Assembly: GCA_964247055.1 (NCBI GenBank)
Contig: OZ176057.1
Span: forward strand, 2,418,001-2,482,000
Reading direction: 5' to 3'
DNA from: Paragordius varius
Taxonomy: Eukaryota > Animalia > Nematomorpha
Length of the DNA: 64,000 nt
Shown here piece after piece: positions 1 to 13,676 of the stretch. Numbering within the stretch: position 1 is the first letter of the stretch; each line of letters begins with the position of its first letter. The notes under the pieces were generated by a model, which did not search any database, was not told where the DNA came from, and saw nothing but the letters and a program-made list of their open reading frames with translations. Position numbers and translations under genes: made by a program.

Positions 1-24
1 GTGTTATCTATAAATTTATTATAG

Positions 25-1054
25 AGACGAGCCCAATATATGAATCTCAAAATAATCTATCATTATTCGATTCCTTCATGGATTCAACAATCAATGACAG
101 CAAAAATGAAACAACTTTAATAAATGAAACAAGTAGTAGTATTGAGAACAAAAACAATAAAGACCAATCCCAAACAACACCAGTTTCAAAAATGATGGTG
201 GATAATAAAGATGGAACCTTGAAATTTAATGCATCTAACCAAGGTTAATATTTTGGGTATTTTGCGTTTTTTAAAAAAAAGGATAAATTTTTCATATATT
301 TCACGTTTTATTCTTTTATATTCGATTTATAATTTATTTATGGCACTTGCAAAAAAGTTTTGGCAAAATAACTTTTATTAAAAAAGTATACGAGAAAAAA
401 ATTTAATTTATTGTGAATATATTTTTTGTTTGAAATATTATCATAATTGAATGGTAAAATACCATTAAATTTAATTTAAATTATCCTGTTTTGATATCTA
501 AAAGAATTTTGGTTTTTTTGAAAAAAAAATAATATCTATATCAGAACGTAACATAATAAATATATATAATTATAGCTCTTCTGAGTGGATTTTTCTTTAA
601 TATTTATCCATTAAAATTATTTTTAAAATAACTTAATAATTATATTTTTTGATATATATATACCATTTACAGTTCAAATTCACCCTTAAACAATTCAAAT
701 TCACCCTCGAACAATTCAAATTCACCCTTGAACAATTCAAATTCACCCTCGAACAATTCAAATTCACCCTAAAAATAAATTATGTGTTTTCGAACTAATA
801 TAACTCATTATTAATATAAAATATATCTTTATGGCATAATTAATTATTTTTTTCAGTATTATTTTAATTTAAAACAAAATTTTATTTTTTAAAAATATAT
901 TAAAATATAGGTAATTTTTAATCTTAAAAAACATGTTATTTATTTGAGGGTGAATTTGAATTGTTCGAGGGTGAATCTGAATTGTTCAAGGGTGAATTTG
1001 AATTGTTTAAGGGTGAATTTGAATTGTTTAAGGGTGAATTTGAACTGTAAATGG

Positions 1055-1086
<32 letters not shown>

Positions 1087-4000
1087 TGTATATATCGTAT
1101 TTCTCTATTACCATTTTGTTTGTTAACTTTCAAACTTTATTAATTTTTTTAATGACCCTTATATTGGGTAAGAGAGTTACATATATATAAAAAATAAATA
1201 ATCCAATTTTTATTAACACATTTTTTTAATTTATTCACCATAATTTTCATGTTATTTGTCTATAATTTTTTTATTTCTTTTGTTTGATAAAATCGCAGGT
1301 CAATCCACCAGTTCAGTTATTAGGAGAGGTGAACTTATGGCTGAATTAGATAAGTTGGCTAATGAAATACCGTTATGGGAAAATGCCCTGGTTGATGTGC
1401 ACGTGACCCGAGAGCACGTGACCCCACATTCAAAGTATGTTTTTGAAATGTATATATGGTGAACATGATTAAATTCTTTGTCTATTGTGTTGCTGATGAG
1501 AATACTGGGCCTGATATTGCTATTTGAGTAACGTTCTATTTTATTGAAAACCATCAAATCGGCTCATTTGTTGTATAAAAGCTGTTAAGTTACATATTTT
1601 TTATTCTTATCGAAGTAAGAAATATATGCAAGTGTGAAAAAACTGGCAGAAATTCATATTTAATAACTATCAATGATTTTTATAAAGATGTAAAAGAGAT
1701 TCTGAAAATTAGCTTAAACGGCCTTGTTAATGAAAAACGCATATATATATATTAATAATTTTTATGAGCCTTTTTAAAAAATATATAATGTTTTTTCAAT
1801 AATATATATATATATATATAATCGTTCTAATAAAGGGTAACGGGTCGCATTTTCAGCTTATATAAGTGGTAAGCCATCTACAGAAAATATATAAACACAT
1901 GGGAATCAATAGATTTTTATTGGATTATTTTACAAATACAATGCATACATATAAAATATTTTTTTAAATTTGAAAAGCGTTGCTAAGCTAACCTTTTGTG
2001 CTAAAATATGGCAAAAAATCGTATTGATATTATATACCATTTGCAATTCAAATTCATCCTTGAACAATTAAAATTCACCCACAAAATAAGTTGTGTTTTT
2101 GAACTAAAATAAGTCATTGTTAGCATGAAATATATCTTTATGGCATAATTTATTATTTTTTTCAGTATTATTTTTATGTAAAACAAAATTTTTATTTTTT
2201 AAAATTTTTAAAAATTAGTAAATTTTTAATCTTATATATTTTATTTGAGGGGGAATTTGTATTGTTCAAGGGTTAATTTGAATTGTTTAAGGGTTAATTT
2301 GAATTGTAAACGGTATATCATGTAGACTTATTCTTTGACACTATTATTAATATTAACCAATTTAACACATAAAAGCATTATTAATTATATATTGTTTACC
2401 TTTGTGTAGTGTTTGGCAATATAAATTTTTATGCCTGCTTTGAAACAGCCTAAATGCTTATTTTTGGTATATCGTACAATAAACCGTTTTTAATATCCTA
2501 AAATCACTTATTGTGGTGAAAAAATCTTATTTTATAAATTATATTTATATGTTACAAAACATTTTTTTGTTATTTTTAATATATCATCTATATATTTAAA
2601 AAAAGTGAAAATGCTGGCTTTGTGATCTGGTACCGGAAAACCGGTAGACCCATTCAAATCCAAACTTCAAAAAAATATAATCATTAATGAATGCCCCGAC
2701 AATAGCTTCGCCATTTTTTGAAATAGGCCCCCAATTCGGGCCCACCCACAGAAGTCCACAAAAATCGTGTCTTTGAGACAATTTTCCGGAGAACGTGTTG
2801 GACCATTCAATTTCAAATATGATTTTTGTTTACTTATTTTCGATTGCGCCGAACATAGTCGTCTCGCTTTTTTAACTTAGGCCCTCTTTTTACCCGCTCC
2901 CCCCGTAAAATGCCATTTTTTTCAAAAAGTCCACAAAAATAATTTTTTAATTCTATTTTTCGCCCTAGGTGTGAGACCGTAAAATTTCATTAAGGATTCT
3001 ACATATTCCCTGTTAAAAGGCAAAAATTTTAGTAAAGCGTTTCTTTGATGATAGCTACTGGGTAAGGACCTACCTGCTAAAAACTGATTCCTCGTGTAAC
3101 TTTGTGATCTGTTTCCGGAAAACCGGTGAACCCAATCAAATCCAAATATCGAAAAAATATAATCATTAATGAATGCCCCGACAATAGCTTCGCCCTTTTT
3201 TGGAATAAGGTCCCCAGTTGAGGCCTACCCCGTGTGAAAAACGGGTTGACAATTTTCCGGAGAACGTGTTCTCCATTCAATTTCAAATATGATTTTTGTT
3301 CACTTATTTTTGACCGCGCCCAACATAGTCCACTCACTTTTTTGATTTAGGCCCTCTTTTTACCCGCTGCCCCCGTAAAATGCCATTTTTTTAAAAAACA
3401 AAATCCACAAAAATAATTTTTTTAATCTATTTTTCCCCCAAGTAAACAATATAGTATGAATGCATTGTTTTAAATCCTATAAAATCATATTTAAATAATG
3501 TGTAGAAATAATCCACATATGTGGATCATTCCCCCAGAAGTCCGAAGGACTTCCTCGTGCTGCGTTGCAGCACGAGATTTACGCTTGTAATAAAATAAAA
3601 TTAAATATTGTGAGAATAGAAAAAATACCTGTGCCACTTAGTTTTTTTATTGACAGGTAGGTTTGTTTTATATTTAAAGTTAAAAGAAATTGTCGAAAAT
3701 TGCATTTTCACAAAAAGAGGTAAAAATGGGTCACTCACAAAATAGTCGTCGGTCAGTTAACGTATCTAAACCCTATATCTATTGAAATAATTTATTTTAT
3801 AATTTTCCGCCCCTGTTTTAGACGCAAAAAACTCACATGTTCACACAAACATGATTACACATTTACAAACCCAAAAGATTCAACTATGACTGCGGACTCA
3901 AAAAAACACCATCTATTTAATAATAATTTTGATACCTGTCTACCTGTTTTGTGTGGAGCTTTAAGACCACCTCCTACATACATATGTCCCGTGGGAGATC

Positions 4001-7000
4001 ATGTAGCCGCTTATGTTAAAGATTTAAGCCCTAAACCCTACAACAAACCTTGCATTCTCTTGCAATGCAATATGGATTCAAATAAGATGCCATCTACAAA
4101 TTGTAACATGTTTAAAGAAATGAATCCTTCTGGAATAATCTCTAATAAAATATCATTGAAGAACGCGTTAGATCGACGTGCCTCTTTGCGTTCCTACAAC
4201 GATGATGAAAGTGGAAAAATTAACAACCCTTCCCCCAAAAATGTTAAAAATTCCATCATTCTAAATAAGGCAAAGTGGGATCCTTTATCTGTGATTTTAC
4301 CCAAAAACATGAACCATAACTTGCAAATAAATTCACCAACCACCAATGCTAAAAAAACTACTAATAATGCCCTATTTGTTAAACCAAACAACTGTGATAA
4401 TGTCCATTTAACATTACCCGTGCGTTTGACTAGGTTGCCTTATTTTTCTATTGTATTAATTAATACCATTTTGAAATATATCATTTACAATTCAAATTGG
4501 CCCTAAAAATAATTTATGTGTTTTCGGGCTAATATAACTCATCATTCATATGTCATATATATCTTTGTGGCATAGTTTATTAGTTTTTTAGGGTTTCCGC
4601 ATTATATTTATTTTAGACAAAATTTAATTTTATACAAATATAAAAAATTATACTTAATCTTAATAAACACATATAGTATATTAGATTTTCAGTATTTAAT
4701 TTAAGCCAAAATTTAATTTTATACAAATTTTTTTATCTTAACACATATTTATTTTTGGGGTAAATTTAAACTGTTTAAAGGTGAATTTGAATTGTTTAAG
4801 GGTGAATTCGAACTGTAAATGTTGTATATATTAATTATATATAGAAGGAGAAAAACTGAACCCCCGAATGATATTCGCAAATATTTGGCCACATCGTTAA
4901 ATGCTTCAGTTTGTAATTCAACTCCAGTGACTGATTTTAAATCACACAACACACGGTATAAAAAATGATTTATTTTATAACCGTAATAAATTAATAAATG
5001 CTCTCATACAATAGACACTTTTCCTTAACGTAATAAATTAATAAATGCTCTTTCTAACATACAATTGATGCTTTTCCTTTAAATTAGCGCCTACGCTGAT
5101 TAGCTTCTGATAATTATCTTGTACTTTGTCGGTTATAAAATATATACAGTAATATTAGATCATGTAAAATTAGGTATATTTTTCCACAAATTTGTGTAGC
5201 TATTTTGGAGCTTTTATCGTAAGTTAAATATGAACCAAGTTTTAATCATAGCTTTAATATATTTCTAAGAAAAATCAATATAATTAAAAAACGATCAGGC
5301 TGTATTTTCCCACAATTAGGATCAATACTCTAATATATTTTTTATATCATTTTATTTAACAATGTTTTCTTTTTTATTGTATTATTTAGCCCAACATCGC
5401 ATTACCACCATCGATCTTTAAAATTTTTAAACGATACAGACAGTACTCAACCAATAATAAATTTTAACTCTCAAACCTCTTTAACAAATGATATTAGCTC
5501 AGGAATGGATAATAGATTAGATTATGGAAATAATTTTATAACTAAAACTAAAAAATCAAAACAAAAGGGTGAATCAAGTGAAACAATCATAAATAGTTTA
5601 CCTAATCGCCTTAGAAACGGATATAAACTTGCTTCACCCCCTAACATTTGCAGCTGTAAATTATTTCATGAATCTCCGCCGGCCATTAATACCACCCATA
5701 ATACTAGGCATAAGAATTGTGCTACATTAACAAGCAAAAAAAGCGTTGAAAATGACAACAATGAAACTTTTAACAATAATACAAAAAGTCGACATGCGAC
5801 GAATTCAGTAAAACGGAAAACCTTTCAAACTTTTGTTAATTCTCCTAACAAAACTACTTATACTTGTAATAATATTGCGGTGAACAGTAATGTAAGTAAT
5901 AATGTAAAAAAGCCAGCATTACTCAAAGACCCAAAATTGAATAGCAACCAGCCTAAAAATGAAATTATAAGTAGTAATGAACCGTACACCAGTACAGAAG
6001 AGGATACCATGAGTAGTATTGATGGGGAAGATAATATATGGATTTTGGGGCAAGTTTTATCGTTTGAGCCAAATAGCCACCTACAAAAAATGCACAATAC
6101 AACTACCATACATTCAGATTACCCTTTTTTTCCTTCAGGAACCAAAAATCAATTTGGAGATAAAAATAGTTATAAGTCAACATCTATCCAAAATCGGAAC
6201 ACAGACATAGAAAGGAATAATAATAATGATAATACTTTTGATGAAAAAAACGCTAAGAAACGTGTGCCTAACCGTAATCTTGGCCTTAAACCTAATGAAA
6301 ATCTGACAAGAATGCATACATTTTTAGCTTCACCGCCAACAGATAAGTTAGATGATTTGACAAAGGATGATTGGAAAAATTATTATAAACAAACCTTGGT
6401 GATAGAATCAGGCACATATGAAATCCTAGATATTGATGAATGTACTGAGTAAGTTTTGTTTTGTCTTTTTCTAAATACCAATATTCTATATGATTTGAAT
6501 AAAACTAGCTACTAATCAATAATTTTTTTTATTTCCATTGTTAAATTAGAAAATATTATGTGGATGCGAGTCATATTATACCACTGCCTAAATATAAAGT
6601 CGATTCAGACCTTACACCCTACGCTGTATACCCAAACGGAACAGTATATATCTATATATATAAAATAATTTAATTTTTCCTCCTATATACAGTAAAATTT
6701 AAAGTATAAAGATAAAATTTAAACACTAAAAGTCATACATTTTTTATTGGGATAAGCTTATTTTTATCCTTTGTTGTAGAGATGTAAATTGGAAACACAA
6801 CACTCTATTATATCTCTTGCGTTTTTTTGTAATCTTAAAGGTTATATATAAGCAAAATTATAAAGTATTGCCTTTGCCTATATTTATTAGTTAATTGTTA
6901 ATTTTTACGTTACATCTTTTTACAGTTAGTTTTAGCAAGGTACCCTCAAACCACATGTTTTTACAAAGCTTTGATTCAAGAACCCCCAAATACCAGTAAT

Positions 7001-7120
7001 GGACTGTGTTACAGTGTAGTTTTTGAGGATACACTTTACCCTGATGGATTTAGTCCGCCCATATATGTACCCCAAAAATATGTTATACCCTACAAACGAG
7101 GCAACGTAACATCCAAATAA
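25..7120 (+). CDS. SGF29: SAGA-associated factor 29 (tandem Tudor H3K4me2/3 reader), 5'-partial, greatly expanded
   Basis: Phase-consistent GT-AG exons 25-243, 1299-1434, 3822-4433, 5390-6448, 6550-6643, 6926-7120 (TAA). Motifs RRGELM..LANEIPLW, LCGALRPPPTYICPVGDHVAAYVK, DGEDNIWILGQVLSF, YEILDIDE, IIPLP and LVLARYPQTTCFYKALIQEPP..YSVVFEDTLYPDGFSPPIYVPQKYV match the order and sequence of animal SGF29/CCDC101 as I recall it. About 770 codons lie in the window. Confidence 0.93.
663..1054. mobile_element. MITE family A copy with 21-bp subterminal tandem arrays (reference copy)
   Basis: TIR CCATTTACAGTTCAAATTCACCC...GGGTGAATTTGAACTGTAAATGG, about five 21-bp units (AACAATTCAAATTCACCCTTG-like) at each end, flanked by (TA)n. 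It explains the 7-aa periodic ORFs at 936-1133 and 944-1126. Confidence 0.92.
2037..2313. mobile_element. MITE family A copy
   Basis: Same termini (ccatttgcaattcaaattc...gaattgtaaacgg) and internal core as 663-1054, with fewer 21-mers. Confidence 0.85.
2587..3587 (+). mobile_element. Non-autonomous Helitron, composite (internal duplication of the core)
   Basis: 5' A|TCTATATATTTAAAA start; 3' perfect hairpin CTCGTGCTGC-gtt-GCAGCACGAG 11 nt before CTTG|T; no TSD; core sequence present twice (about 2610-2965 and 3095-3440); homologous to 41778-42334. Confidence 0.85.
4482..4822. mobile_element. MITE family A copy (degenerate)
   Basis: catttacaattcaaatt...gaactgtaaatg ends and family core; lies in an SGF29 intron. 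Confidence 0.75.
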
Positions 7121-7262
7121 CACGTTAACTTTTTCTAAAAACTAAAACAATTGGTTATATTTTAGGGGATTATAAAGAGGAATTTTATATTGTATAGTAT
7201 CAAAAAATAGGTAGAATTATTATAAATTGCACAAGAAAAACGATTGTTTTAAATTTTTTATA

Positions 7263-7551
7263 CGGTAAAAATTAAAATTATAAGGGACAAAACGTGAAAA
7301 TATAAAGACAAACATTTTTTCAAAAAGACAACCAATTTTTTAATCTTGATTTTTTTGAATATAACTCATTGTTTTAAACTACAATGTATAATATAGAAAT
7401 GTAAATTGGTAACACAATCAATTATGTTTTTTACGATTGTAATTTAATGTTTTTTATAGGATAAATTAAGGTGTAAAGAAGAAGGGTTGTTTTTTGAAAA
7501 AAATTGTCTTTATATGTTTACATTTTCTCCGTATAATTTCAATTTTTACTG
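7263..7551. mobile_element. Tc1/mariner-like MITE family H
   Basis: TA-C(A/G)GTAAAAATT.AAATTATA.GGACAAAACG terminus with inverted counterpart ending TTTTTACTG-TA; related copies at about 38923-39160, 42790-43061 and 52366-52614. Confidence 0.7.
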
Positions 7552-7907
7552 TAATTTAAATATTATACATATATTTTATATATCCATGGCAAGATAATCG
7601 TCTCTTCCAAAGCCCATTTCGAGATATTTCTAAATTAATATTTGCTGGCCCTTAGCCTTAAATATAATGTAAATAATGTTAAATGCAAAATATAAATTAT
7701 GTTTAGTTTGACTTTCTAATCTCGCCCCGCTATTTATTATATAATTTAGATAATAATTTTTAAACATATAATCTAATGTCTATATTCATATATAATATAC
7801 ATAGATAGATCTCTTTTTATCATTATTATTATTAAATAATTGTATTATTAAAGACTTACCATTTGATATTATTCTATTTTCCGCTTTGTAATAATTTGCA
7901 ACAATTA

Positions 7908-8107
7908 CAGTTTTGCATTACAATAATGGTTGCTTATTTCACACTGCTATAGTAGGGGGGCAATTTGCAACACACAGTAGTGTATGGAAAAAACAACAAA
8001 ATGTTTAATATACAATCTTTTCATTAGTTTTTTCAATACACTACTGTGTTGCGAATCGCCCCCTACTATATGGGCGAAATAAGCAATCATTATTGTAATG
8101 CATCCTG
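7908..8107. mobile_element. Tc1/mariner-like palindromic MITE family G
   Basis: Long imperfect palindrome (AATGGTTGCTTATTTCACACTGCTATAGTAG..CAACACAGTAGTGTATGGAAAAA and its reverse complement) with TA flanks; other copies 32228-32397, 59933-60105, 61818-61988. Confidence 0.8.
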
Positions 8108-8273
8108 CATATGATTGAAAATACGCATTTTATGCGTACTAACCGACCAATTATCTCAAATTTTAATGTGAACTACACTAAAAATTATTAACAATGTACT
8201 ATATATATCTTTATTCCTTTTCTATGTATTTATTATAATAAATAAAATTAGGTAGCGTGATTTGAATAATATA

Positions 8274-8534
8274 CCATTTACAATTTATATTCATTCCTGA
8301 ACTATTCCAATTCACTCTAAAAATAAATTATGAGTTTTCGGGATAATATAAATATAACTTATCATTAATATGAAATATATTTTTACGACATAAATTATTA
8401 TTTTTTCAACATTATATTAATTTTAACCAAAATTTCATATTTTACAAATATTATAATATAAAAGTAATTTTTTATCTTAAAAACACAATATATTTTAGGG
8501 TTGAATTTGAATTGTTCCAGGGAACTGTAAATGG
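8274..8534. mobile_element. MITE family A copy
   Basis: ccatttacaattt...gaactgtaaatgg termini with family core. Confidence 0.8.
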
Positions 8535-8685
8535 TATAATATAGAACTGGGTTGCTAAATTGGGTTGTTTAATTGTATAAGTAATTTGATTTGTGTTGAA
8601 TATTTACTTAAAAATAAACCGCTTGCAGAGTGCACAAATCGGGTGGTGTTTAAATCATGATTGCCTATATATATATATATATATA

Positions 8686-9013
8686 CCATTTACAGTTCGA
8701 ATTCACCCTTGAACAATTCAATTCACCCTTGAACAATTCGAATTCACCCTTTAAATTCACCCTAAAAATAAATTATGTGTTTTCGAACTAATATAACTCA
8801 TTATTAATATGAAATATATCTTTATGGCATAATTTATTATTTTTTCAGTATTCTTTTAATTTAAAACAAAATTTTATTTTTAAAAATATATTAAAATATA
8901 AGTAATATTCAATCTTAAAAAACATGTTATTTATTTGAGGGTGAATTTGAATTGTTTGAGGGTGCATTTGAATTGTTTAAGTGTGAATTCGAATTGTTTG
9001 TGAATTTGAACTG
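8686..9013. mobile_element. MITE family A copy
   Basis: Starts CCATTTACAG after (TA)n, carries 21-bp arrays, ends next to a long (TA)n. Confidence 0.85.
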
Positions 9014-9049
<36 letters not shown>

Positions 9050-9051
<2 letters not shown>

Positions 9052-9810
9052 ATTTGCATTTAAGAATAACTTTGAATACTTCAAGTTGGTCCTTTTTCTT
9101 TTTTGTTTTGATTTTACCTTTTATAATTAATTTGTATAATCATCTTTATCATTTTTAACCTATTTTATTTAACATAATTTTTAAATCAATATTAACTAAT
9201 CATTGAGAAACCGTATTTCTTTTTTAATTTCTTAAAATTATATTGGATATTATAAATGTTAACACGTAATTAAAAATATATAAGTTTTTTGGGTTATTAT
9301 TTACAATTTTTCACTGAAAACGTTTAGTTAACAATTTTGTTAAATTGTAAAAAAAATTAGTTTAAAACATAAAAGTGGTTTTTGAATAAAAATTTTTATT
9401 TTTAAATGAATAAATATATAAATGAAGAAATTTAGGTTTATATATAATAAAATAAAAAAATAAATGCAAAAATTATGGTTAAATCAAAATTTAATTTTAA
9501 GGTCCAATTTAAAGTGTTCAAGGACACTCTTGAAGTGTAAATGGTATATACTTACGCTTCAAATTAATCCTAAAATAAATTGTGTTTTCTAAGAAAAAAT
9601 ATATATATTTTTTCAAAAAATGAAATTTTGTATAAAATTATCGAATAGATAATAAACTAAGCCATAATGATATATTTCATATTAATAATGAGTTATAATA
9701 GCCTGAAAACTTATAATTTATTTTTAGGGCGGATATGATTGTTCAAGGGTAATTTGAATTATTCAAGCGCAAATTCGAATTGTTCGAGCTGACTTTAAGT
9801 TGTAATTGGA
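9050..9810. mobile_element. Two adjacent degenerate family A-related elements (about 9050-9544 and 9560-9810)
   Basis: ccatttgcat start and gtaaatgg end at 9544 with a divergent interior; then a reversed family A core ending ttgtaattgg. Confidence 0.6.
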
Positions 9811-11129
9811 ATTTGCGTTCAAAGAAAATTAATACTGATTCCATTTATATCTAAAAATTGTAAATTTAACGCATATTGTGATGAAAATTAAATGCGTTTC
9901 GCCAAAAAAATATTGTTAAAATATCTCATATTCTCTATTTAAAAGGAAAAGCAATTTTTATGTTGGACTCCCAAAAGTCTCAAATTTTTGGCCTCTATAA
10001 TGGGCTAATATTCTTAAAAACGCAAAATTGTTGCAAGTGCCTGATAAAAAAAGTTTTTAAATATATGCTAGATTATGACAGCAAAAAAAAGTTATTTTTG
10101 AAAAATGCATAGAGTTGAACTTCCTCTCTGATTGTGGGGAGATCAATGGCTCAAATGCACCATGACTCCTTTGTAAGAAAGAAATCAAAAATTTTTTGTT
10201 GAAAATATGTTTTTAATTACAGTATAAGTAATTATATATTGTTTGAAATACTATTATTGCCAATAAGTAGAAAAAACAAAAGGCAACAAATTGCTGGTAA
10301 AAAGTGAAAAAGATAACTATTAGCTAATAATACTGCCCTTTGTTTTTGTTACTTTGTGGCAATAATTAATAACTTTATAGCAATATACTCTAACATATAA
10401 AGAATAATTCTTAGGAGGAAACACCAAAGAATGATGTTCAAGTTTTGGTGTCAATATAAGGATTTTTTTATATTTATTGGATTGCCAAAATAAAATGTAC
10501 GAATATATCAAAATTTATACAAATAATACCACATATCATTATTATATGTATCAATCACATTAAAATTATAGTTTTTAATAAACATTATCCTATTTAAGTT
10601 TTAAAAAAATTTTTCAATCTTTAAAGACATACAACTTTAACCAAATAAATTATTTAGAATGTGGCTAATTTTGTGATTTTTGGTGTTAACCAAAAAAGAG
10701 GTCCTAATTTTTAAGTATTCTATCAAAACCATCATGAGAGTATTGATACATTTTTCAGTATATATTAAAATTTCGGGTCTTTTTTGTAATGGAATACACG
10801 CTCTCAAAATTGGAAATATATAATAATATCCTGATAAAATATATATATTCTGATGGATAAATTTATCAAAACTCTTATGGTGCTATTAGTTTTTGAGCTT
10901 ACGTGTGATAAAAGTATATTTACAATTTTAAAATTTTTCATAGCTTAATGTTACATTTTAAAAAATATATTATATAAATTAGGGTAACTAGTGACCCGCC
11001 ATATTTAAATAGATATTAATAAAAAACTACTAAAAGAGTACGCTTTCAATTCGATATGCTTCTCAATAAAAATTATATAAATTAAAAGATCTAAATGAAA
11101 TTTAGTTATGAAAAAAAAGCGCCGTAGCC

Positions 11130-11743
11130 AACTAATTCTACGCCATTTTTATAGTAAAAATTTTTTACAGAATTGTTTATTATAACTCTAAATTAAAGTC
11201 AATTTATATTAAAATCATATCTAACATTGATACAAACAGAAATAGTGGTTTATCCGTATTTTTTTTGGCTAATGTACACATGTCATGTTGGCTAAATATC
11301 TTGGAGTTTCATCCATAAAATAAGTAAAAATTTTTTTGAATCTTTAAATATATTTTAATTCATCAATGTTTGTAAAATTTGGCATTTTCAATTTATTCTA
11401 TCTTTTTAAAATATTTAATTCGTAACAAGCCTCTCCCAACGACTCTTACTAGGAGGACTAAAATGAATGTGTTGCATCAAGTAATAATATACCATTTACA
11501 CTTTATGTTCACCCTAGAACATTTTTACCTTTGAAAAATTCAAATTTACCCTCGAACAATTCAAATTCACCCCAAAATAAATTTCCGTTTCTGAAAATTA
11601 AAAATTACCTGTATTTTTATTTTTAAAAAATGAAATTTTGGTTAAAAACCGAAAATAAATTAAATAAGTTATAAAGATGTATCATATTAATAATATGTTA
11701 AATTAGCTCGATAGAATTTTAGAGTGAATTTGAATTGTAAATA
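11130..11743. mobile_element. Degenerate piggyBac-like family F fragment (to about 11486) followed by a family A copy (11492-11743)
   Basis: F 3' signature aggactaaatgaatgtgttgcatcaag, directly followed by ataccatttac...gaattgtaaat. Confidence 0.65.
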
Positions 11744-12534
11744 ATATGTATAATATATTATATTTAATAATACCTTATTACATTTTCATTTTTTTATGCG
11801 ATGACCTTTTGAAATTTACAACCCCAGAGCTTCAAAACTAATGGTTTAGTTGTTGATTAAACTTTAACCGCTCTTTTTTTGCATTAAATGAAATTTGAAT
11901 TTTAATATATATATGTCTAGACTCCCGAATACAGATATATCTGATAAATCGTGAACACCAAAATTTTGCGGTACATTTGTTCGAAAGTTAATTAATTAAT
12001 TATTTAAATTATAATGTACACTTATATGTATGTTGTAATTCGATTAAAAATATATGAAAATGGCGTTAAAAAGTTTGAGATAGAGTTTATTTACAATTTT
12101 GTTTAATTATTTTATCATGACAAAATAAAGCATATTTTCATTAGCCAATAAAATGTTTTATAAGATATTTAATAATATTTGGTCTTTGGTATAAAACTAC
12201 CCCAAAGGTCTAAGATGTTAAAAAACGAAACGATATTTCTGATAATTTTAATTTATATCTGCTCTTACAAAGTCTCATTTTTTCGGCCTATTTCTAAAAG
12301 GTATTACGATAATCAACATGTGATAGATTATCATGACATAAAAAAAACATTTTTTAAGATATGGCTTTTTTAAAAATTTTTACAATTAGCAAAATTTTGA
12401 TAACAGTATTTTAAAATATATCGGAGCTTAGTCAAAAGGTAAAAACACTTAAAAATATTATAAAAAACAAGTTCTATATATTTTAATGGCACTAAACTTT
12501 TTTATCGCGTCAAAATTTTATTAATACATTTGTT

Positions 12535-13060
12535 CCTCTAAATTTGATTCAAATTGGGATATCTTAAAGCCCAGACTAAATTTAAGTAAATATTTTTAAA
12601 AAACTACTGAAGGAAACGGTACCAATTTAAAATTATGCTTCTATCCAATAAAAATTATAATAAGCAAAAATATCCGAATTATTCATTTTGAAAAAAAAGT
12701 TCCTTGTAATGCTTCGACGCCATTTTGTTTCACAAAATTTTTGCAAAATATCGTGTTCATTTAATATAAATTTAATATTAAAGCTAATTTTTTATTTGAA
12801 TCACATTTAACTAATAGAAATAGAAAAGTGGTTAATTTTGCATTATTTAAATTTAGCCACACTAAATTTTAACCTTTGTTTACCTTAAAATAAGTAAGAT
12901 CAAGTATTCTAAAATAAATATATTCATATATTCCTGTTTATCAATGTCATATAAGTGCAAAATTATGCCATATTTTCGATGCGATGCATTTATAAAGTAT
13001 TTATGCCTGGAGTATCCAACTACCCAGGACTGAAGCGAATATCTTGTATTTAAATGTTAA
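12535..13060 (+). mobile_element. piggyBac-like MITE family F (older copy)
   Basis: Collinear with 13108-13676 over about 500 bp; right end internally deleted. Confidence 0.75.
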
Positions 13061-13107
13061 ATTTAAGCATATAAAATGGTTCCCAAAATACCTATTACTT
13101 AATTTAA

Positions 13108-13676
13108 CACTTCGATTCAAATTGGGGTATCTAAATACCCCAGACTAAATTTACACTAATATTTTTAAAAAACTACTGAAGGAAACGGTCCCAATTTAAA
13201 TTTATGCTTCTATCCTGATAAAAATTATATAAACAGGCCAAAATATATAAATTAAATTTTGTTTTGAAAAAAAAGTTCCATCTCAAACTACTTCGACGCC
13301 ATTTTTATTGTATAAAATTTTTGCAAAATATCGTCTTCATTTAATTTTCAGTGTAAAGTTAAAGCTAATTTTTTATATAAATTACATCTAACATTGATAG
13401 AAATAGAAAAAGTGGTTTATTTTTAATTTTACAATTTGACACATGTCACGTTGACGAAATTTTTACTTTTCGGTTTTAGCTTAAAATAAGTAATATCAAG
13501 TATTTTTGAATAAATTTTTTTATATATTTCGGTTTATTAATGTTATATAAGCGTAAAATTTTGCCAAGGTTTCGATTCCTTCCATACTTTTTAAAGTTTT
13601 TTTTTAAACAGGCCTGGGGTATCCAACTACCCCAATTTGAATCGAAGGACTAAAATGAGTGTGTTGTATCCAAGTG
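13108..13676 (+). mobile_element. piggyBac-like MITE family F (reference copy)
   Basis: TTAA|CACTT-CGATTCAAATTGGGGTA ... TACCCCAATTTGAATCGAAG-spacer-AAGTG|TTAA. TTAA on both sides and an asymmetric subterminal inverted repeat are typical of piggyBac ends. Confidence 0.88.

Noticed and set aside
671-1050. 21-bp repeat arrays as a CRISPR array or a repeat protein (ORFs NNSNSPL / RVNLNCS)
   Set aside because: Units are contiguous with no unique spacers, form the inverted ends of a multi-copy MITE, and the context is eukaryotic. The same applies to ORFs 4749-4952, 38430-38657 and 63636-63821.
2596-3337. Repeated minus-strand ORFs (2596-2781, 3077-3337, 41779-42054) as a gene family
   Set aside because: They lie in non-autonomous Helitron copies, and frames and stops are not conserved between copies.
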